Translations under genes and position numbers: made by a program
Shown here: positions 58,858 through 64,000 of the stretch, piece after piece
Layout of the letters: each line of letters opens with the position of its first letter
How positions within the stretch are numbered: the stretch's first letter is position 1
NCBI GenBank assembly: GCA_046290225.1
Contig: JBKAGE010000079.1
Span: 96,001 to 160,000, forward strand
Reading direction: 5' to 3'
DNA length: 64,000 bases
Origin: Bradymonadia bacterium
Lineage (GTDB): Bacteria; Myxococcota_A; Bradymonadia; UBA7976; UBA1532
Notes under the pieces: generated by a model
What the model saw: only the letters and a program-made list of their open reading frames with translations
Told to the model about the DNA's origin: nothing
The model's database searches: none

Positions 58858-59666
58858 GGGTGCTTCTCCAGAGTCGATGTGTGTTGGGTCATGCCCTCCG
58901 GAAGGGGCAACGTCGCCTGATGTGCATCAGCCTGTCTGGCGAGAGCCTCAGCGCGACTCAAGATCTCTTCGACGTCGATGGGATCTGCAGAGGTAACGAA
59001 GAAGAAGCGCTCATAGCGTGGGGCATCGTCGAGCTCGTAGCTGTGCGGCAGTGAGACCACACTGCGACCCTGTTGGTGGGTCTCGAGGGCTGTGGAGCCA
59101 TCTGGGGTGGAGGGAAAGTGCAGCGACGCCACGCCGCGACCGTCGATGGAGACGATCACACCGTGTGATCGCCCCGCGGCGTGATAGCTCACCTGAAGCA
59201 CATCACCCTCAGAGACGCTGTCTTCAACGTTGAGCATTGCGGTGCCCTCCGGGGTGTTCCGATGGAAGAACAGTCGGGGATCACCTTTCGCCCGCTCGCC
59301 CCAGGTGGAGAAGTCCGAGAGATCGGCCCCTCGATGAGCTGGCCAGATGACCACGAGGGCCAGGGTGAGGGCTGTCATGGCGCCTAGGGCGGTCCACAGC
59401 GAGCCGTTGAGACCCCGACGTACCGGGGCCTCGGTCTGAGCGAGCCGGGCGTTGATCCGAGCGGCGACGAGATGGGGCGGATGAGTCGCCAACGTCTCTG
59501 TATCAGAGGCTTCCAGGGCCTCGAGGCGCCGTTGAAGATCCGGACGCTCGGCGATCTTCTGACGCAGCGCCTGTGCGCGGGCCGGCGGGAGTTCGCCGAG
59601 ACGCAGCTGTTCGAGGTGCAGATCGGACACCGGCTCAGCCGGCGTAGACTCGGTGTGAACGCTCAC
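58854..59666 (-). CDS. Probable membrane anti-sigma factor (ActD-like, DUF4384-like periplasmic domain)
   Basis: SDLHLEQLRLGEL N-domain, one TM, then GDVLQVSY..IVSIDGRG..LHFP..LPHSYELDD...ERFF; GTGA overlap. Confidence 0.78.
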   Translation of the reverse strand: MSVHTESTPAEPVSDLHLEQLRLGELPPARAQALRQKIAERPDLQRRLEALEASDTETLATHPPHLVAARINARLAQTEAPVRRGLNGSLWTALGAMTALTLALVVIWPAHRGADLSDFSTWGERAKGDPRLFFHRNTPEGTAMLNVEDSVSEGDVLQVSYHAAGRSHGVIVSIDGRGVASLHFPSTPDGSTALETHQQGRSVVSLPHSYELDDAPRYERFFFVTSADPIDVEEILSRAEALARQADAHQATLPLPEGMTQHTSTLEKHP

Positions 59667-60160
59667 TGATGATCCTCCTCGTGGGCTGCCTCAAGGGCAG
59701 CAAGCTCGTGCTTCAAACGCCGCAACCGTTTGCGGATCCCGGAGACCGACATCCCATGGGCTTCGGCGACAGCCTCCAGGGTCATGCCGTCGACGAGATG
59801 CATCACCGCGATGGTGCGGGTAGAGTCAGGGACCTGCCCGAACAAGCGTCTCAGCACCGAGCGCGCCTCAGCCTGGCCTTCCGCGGTGCCTGCACAGGCG
59901 ATGCGCATCAGCAGCGCGTCGTCCCGGGTCTCGGGTCGGCGCTTGAGCGTACGCAGCTGGTTGAGGCAGGTCCGCGTGGCCATCTGGTAGAGCAGGGCAG
60001 AGGCGCCTCGATCGTCCAGCTGCGCCTGACGCCGGCACAGGGATACGAAGGTGTCCTGCATGGCGTCGAGGGCGAGACCCTCGTCTTTGAGCAGCCGACG
60101 ACATCGTCGCAACACCATGGGGCCGTACCGTCGGTACAGCGCCTCTACGTCCACGGCCAA
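59663..60160 (-). CDS. ECF RNA polymerase sigma factor
   Basis: LYRRYGPMVLRRC, ALDAMQDTF, LYQMATRTCLN (sigma2); DGMTLEAVA...SVSGIRKRL (sigma4); TTG start with GGGAG 6 nt upstream. Confidence 0.92.
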   Translation of the reverse strand: MAVDVEALYRRYGPMVLRRCRRLLKDEGLALDAMQDTFVSLCRRQAQLDDRGASALLYQMATRTCLNQLRTLKRRPETRDDALLMRIACAGTAEGQAEARSVLRRLFGQVPDSTRTIAVMHLVDGMTLEAVAEAHGMSVSGIRKRLRRLKHELAALEAAHEEDHQ

Positions 60161-60217
60161 GTCGAACTCCCAGGCGGTGATGCTGCCCCGTGTGTGCTGG
60201 GGGGCAGACGCTCGATG

Positions 60218-60245
60218 AAACACCGCGGGTATGGAGAAGTGTCAC
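60218..60245 (-). promoter_or_regulatory. Candidate ECF-type autoregulatory promoter
   Basis: Minus strand: T6 tract, then GTGACAC-N16-TGTTT. Confidence 0.4.
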
Positions 60246-60275
60246 TGGAGGGCGAAAAAATCTCGAGGTGCGTGA

Positions 60276-63200
60276 TCAGGGGAGGGGCAGGCTGTAGACC
60301 GCCCCCTGGTCGATGGAGGTGTTCGGGACACCTGTGTAGCCCTGCCCGAGGTAGCCACCGATGATCAGCACCCTCGAGCGCAGTGCGGGGTTCCATAGGC
60401 CGTGCAGCCATTCTCCGATGCGGCCGTCCACTCTGCTGGGCTCGCCGCCGAAGATCAGCCACGGCTCGGGGCGAACCCCTTCAGGGCCCACCTCGAAGAT
60501 GCGAACGCCTCCAGAGTCATCCACGCCGCCCTGGGCGCCGAAGGGGCTGCCGACGGCGAGCAGTCCAGGTTGAGCGTCGCTGCCGGGGAACATGAAGAGG
60601 CCGCTCCCCATGCGGGCGCCGTTGGTGAGGCCGCGAATTCGGCTGCCAGGGCCGCCCTCTGGGATCAAGGGCACCCACTGGGCCGGGATGGACTCCGACG
60701 GCAGCGGCTGAGCGGTGGCGCTGGTGAGGAGCGTGCGCAGTCGGGTGCCGGGTACGAACCACACCGAGCCCCCTCGGCCACCCGTCTCGGCGATGGCGTT
60801 TACCCCGGTGACGGCGAGATCAGTCAGCCCGTCACCGTCGGCGTCCGCAGAGGCCAGAGCCCAGCCCACTTGATCGTTCGCCGCCCCTGACTCCATGCCG
60901 AAAGCTCTGGGCGATTCGGGGCACCCTACATTGCCCCATCCTCGGAACACATAGACCGCCCCTTCGTTGTTGCGCCCTGCGTGATCGGAGAGGTAGGCGC
61001 CTACGGCGAACTCCTCGCAGCCGTCTCCGGAGAGATCTCCGAGGCCTACGATGCTGCGGCCCAGCTGTAGATCCGAGGCGCCCCCGAGGAAGTGCTCTGG
61101 ATCGCACAGGACCTCTGGGCGCCCTGCGGCTGCGTTGGCGATGTCCCGGCCATGGACCACCATGAAGCCGCCGCTGTTGCCTCTGCCGTTGTGATCACCC
61201 TCCGGGAAGCCGATCACGACATCCGAGCGCCCGTCGCCGTCGACGTCGACGGGCCCCGACAGCACGCTCAGGCGATCCTGGTTGCGCAGGCCGAAGACCA
61301 CGAAGGCCGGCTGCTCGGAGGGGCCGCCCTCGCCACCTGCGAAGAGGTAGGCTGCGCCGCTGTCGTTCCGCGAGCCCTCGCAACGCACGGGCTCGTAGTA
61401 GTCGTCGTTGGGATCGTTGGGCTTGTCGTCCCGCTGCGCCACCACCCAGAAGTCGTCGATGCCGTCTCCGGTGAAGTCTCCTGCAGGGGACACGGCCCAC
61501 CCGAACAGATCCCCACCGCTGTGACCCGTGAACTGCGCCAGCGTGCGGAAGGGCCTGCGCTCGAAGTTACCGTCGGCGGTGCCCCGATACAGGAACACGG
61601 CGCCCTGATTGATGCCGTTCTGGCCAGACACTTCACCTTGAGGCGCGCCGGCGGCGAGATCGGGCAGGCCGTCAGCGTCGACGTCGCCGATGACCGCGGC
61701 GCCTCGACCCAGCTGAGCCCCTGCCGCTCGACCGGGCACACCCAGAGCCCGCCGCGGTGCGTCATCCGCCCCAGGCACGAAGTAGATCTGCCCGACGTCG
61801 TATCCAATGGCGTCGGTGCGCCCTGCTTGAGAGACGAGATCCGGAAGGCCGTCCCCATCGAGGTTGCCTGCGACGGCCACTGTCTGCCCGAAACGCTCGC
61901 TGACTTCTTCGCCCGTATAGGTCACGTCGGCCACTGTGGCGGGGAGCCCCTGGCCCTCGGGGCCGTAGAAGATCGAGACACGCCCGGCGTTGGTGAGGTT
62001 GTCGGGCCCCGGCGCGAGGAAGTCGCCGGAGATGATGTCGAGACGCCCGTCGCCGTTGGCGTCGCCCACGTTGGGGTACAGACCGACCTGTCGGTTGGAG
62101 GCCTCACCTGCGTAGGACCAGTCCGCTGTCGCCGCCGGAGGCAGGAACCCCGGGGCGGGTTCGTCGGTGAGATCGGTGCCGAGGAACACGCGCAGGGCAC
62201 CGTTGTTGTTGAGGTTGCCGCCGTCGGGCCTGAACCCGTTGGCGAGGTGGTGGCTGGCGAGCAGATCTTCACGACCATCACCGTCGACATCACCAAAGGC
62301 GAGTCGGCGGCCAAACTGACTGCCACCATCGAAGACCCCTGTGGGGGCCCAGGCTCGGACCGGCAGACTGGTGAGGCCGCCTGGAGACAGCGGTCCGGGG
62401 GCGACGCCGCGGTAGAGGGCCACGATGCCGTCGCTGTTGGCGATGCTCGTCGGCGCGCGATAGTTCAGGGCGTGGGCTGCCAGATCACAGCGGCCGTCGC
62501 CGTCGAAGTCGCCCGCTGCGAGGAACCGGCCCAGCTGAAGGTTCGCCGCCGGAGACCAGGCCTCGAGGTCGCCATCACGTCGAGTGCCCCAGATCGCTTG
62601 ATCAGGGTCTTCAGGCAGTCCGCCCTCGGCCCCGAGGAACACGTAGACACCACCCTGGTTGTTGGCCCGGGGATCAGCGGACTGGTCCTCTGCTTGGAAC
62701 GCCCCCGCGGCGAGGTCGAGGCGCCCATCGCCGTTGAAGTCGCACACCGCGAGGCCCCGCCCCATACGCCCGCCGCCCTGAGGACCCGCGATCACGCGGG
62801 TGGGCGTCTCGTCGAACAGTCCGCCCTCGATGCCTGCATAGATGTAGATCGCGCCATTGTCGGTGCGGTTGACGTCGGCCTGGTGGGCGCCCACAACGAG
62901 ATCTGGCTCACCATCGCCCGTGACGTCGGCCACGGCGAGGCCCCAACCCATCTCGTCGGTGCGGCCATCGCCAGCGATGATCTGTGAGGCCTCGCCCGGG
63001 CCCTCGGGGCCACCGGTGAACACGAAGACCGCGCCACCGTTGAAGGCCTCGATGTCAGCTTCTGGCCAGCCCACGACGACATCATCGAAGCCGTCTCCGT
63101 TCAGGTCTCCAGGGGCCACGATGGGTCCGCCGAGGAACCCGTCACCCACACGAGGCAGCTCGGCCTGTTGGGCACCGAGCACCGTGACCCCCAGAGCCGC

Positions 63201-64000
63201 GGTGCGTCCTGTGAAGCGATCGGTGAGCCGAAGTTGCGCCCGCCCGGGCCGCTCTCCGATGAGCCACGCCCCATCAGCGGAGACCAGACCCTCGCCGCCG
63301 TCGACATCGAAGGCGCCGCTGCCACCGAGGACGACGAGCGGGTGACGCTCACCGACGGCGATGGCCACCTCCGGCGGGGTGGCCGTGAGCACGACGTCGG
63401 CGCGGACCTCGATCTCGACGTCGACCTCCTGGCCAGTCTCCACGTCGGTGACCCGGACCACGTCGAGGCCTTCCTCCGCAGGGGCGCTGTACCGACCTTC
63501 GTCGTCGATGACACCGCCTGCCCCTGCGAAGATGACTTCGAAGCCGTACTCACCAGAGCCTTCGCTCACTTGGAAGGTGAACCGATCACGGGGCGTCACG
63601 GCGATGGCCTCCGGGGCCACCTGCATCAGCCGCACGACGTAGATCTCGGCCGATGCTTCGCCGATGCAGCCTCGATCGGTGAGGGTGACCCGATCGGTGG
63701 TGCCGAGCTGGTCTCCGGACAAATAGGCTCCGGTGACAGCGTTGAGCAATGCCCCGCTGTTGTCTTCGGCGAGACTGAAGCTCCAGTCCCCGGTACCGCC
63801 GGCGGCCCTGAAGCTCACCAGGTCGAGGGGCAGGACCGAGGCCAGGGTGGGGCTCAGGGACAGCGGAGGATCACAGGCTTCCAAGGGCGGTGGCCCTGCG
63901 TCGGGGAGGCCCTCGTCAGGAGATCCTTCATCTGGGGGCTCGACGTCGGGCAAGTCTGCGTCAGGGATGCCGTCATCGATGAGATCTGCGTCGAGACCGG
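60276..64000 (-). CDS. Large FG-GAP / integrin-alpha repeat surface protein (5'-partial)
   Basis: More than ten GD.NGDG..D(L)..GA repeats after Ig-like units; frame is open to the window end. Confidence 0.9.
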   Translation of the reverse strand, partial: GLDADLIDDGIPDADLPDVEPPDEGSPDEGLPDAGPPPLEACDPPLSLSPTLASVLPLDLVSFRAAGGTGDWSFSLAEDNSGALLNAVTGAYLSGDQLGTTDRVTLTDRGCIGEASAEIYVVRLMQVAPEAIAVTPRDRFTFQVSEGSGEYGFEVIFAGAGGVIDDEGRYSAPAEEGLDVVRVTDVETGQEVDVEIEVRADVVLTATPPEVAIAVGERHPLVVLGGSGAFDVDGGEGLVSADGAWLIGERPGRAQLRLTDRFTGRTAALGVTVLGAQQAELPRVGDGFLGGPIVAPGDLNGDGFDDVVVGWPEADIEAFNGGAVFVFTGGPEGPGEASQIIAGDGRTDEMGWGLAVADVTGDGEPDLVVGAHQADVNRTDNGAIYIYAGIEGGLFDETPTRVIAGPQGGGRMGRGLAVCDFNGDGRLDLAAGAFQAEDQSADPRANNQGGVYVFLGAEGGLPEDPDQAIWGTRRDGDLEAWSPAANLQLGRFLAAGDFDGDGRCDLAAHALNYRAPTSIANSDGIVALYRGVAPGPLSPGGLTSLPVRAWAPTGVFDGGSQFGRRLAFGDVDGDGREDLLASHHLANGFRPDGGNLNNNGALRVFLGTDLTDEPAPGFLPPAATADWSYAGEASNRQVGLYPNVGDANGDGRLDIISGDFLAPGPDNLTNAGRVSIFYGPEGQGLPATVADVTYTGEEVSERFGQTVAVAGNLDGDGLPDLVSQAGRTDAIGYDVGQIYFVPGADDAPRRALGVPGRAAGAQLGRGAAVIGDVDADGLPDLAAGAPQGEVSGQNGINQGAVFLYRGTADGNFERRPFRTLAQFTGHSGGDLFGWAVSPAGDFTGDGIDDFWVVAQRDDKPNDPNDDYYEPVRCEGSRNDSGAAYLFAGGEGGPSEQPAFVVFGLRNQDRLSVLSGPVDVDGDGRSDVVIGFPEGDHNGRGNSGGFMVVHGRDIANAAAGRPEVLCDPEHFLGGASDLQLGRSIVGLGDLSGDGCEEFAVGAYLSDHAGRNNEGAVYVFRGWGNVGCPESPRAFGMESGAANDQVGWALASADADGDGLTDLAVTGVNAIAETGGRGGSVWFVPGTRLRTLLTSATAQPLPSESIPAQWVPLIPEGGPGSRIRGLTNGARMGSGLFMFPGSDAQPGLLAVGSPFGAQGGVDDSGGVRIFEVGPEGVRPEPWLIFGGEPSRVDGRIGEWLHGLWNPALRSRVLIIGGYLGQGYTGVPNTSIDQGAVYSLPLP

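Overview
64 kb of GC-rich (about two-thirds G+C by eye), densely coded bacterial chromosome with about 51 protein genes. I found no rRNA, tRNA, CRISPR array, transposase, integrase or phage genes. Gene content points to a Myxococcota-like delta-proteobacterium (inference): Hanks-type kinases, TPR-PEGA protein, Cys/Asp-rich repeat lipoprotein, FG-GAP protein, AgmX/PglI-like domain, Gld-like ABC system and an exported caspase. Housekeeping and envelope genes include greB, dusB, gluQ, cysK, ino1, a DegT aminotransferase, WecA and GT4 transferases, MoxR-DUF58-transglutaminase, AI-2E, DASS and ABC transporters. The strongest candidate for an undescribed system is a coupled ECF sigma / membrane anti-sigma / exported caspase-repeat-barrel operon (56716-60245), where the same R-A-K-G tetrapeptide follows the caspase catalytic Cys and sits in the anti-sigma juxtamembrane linker, suggesting caspase-triggered sigma release. 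The second candidate is a ROK kinase / DUF692 (MNIO) / partner operon with altered metal-ligand motifs and no visible precursor peptide (50256-53031). Other oddities: an RluA-RlmI fusion near an Rsm22-like gene, a degenerate Tex, a WecA with a GAF-like tail, an IF2-N/coiled-coil/DUF2325-like gene heading the MoxR operon, and a 12-bp tandem repeat in a signal-peptide region. All family calls come from motifs read by eye; no searches were run.
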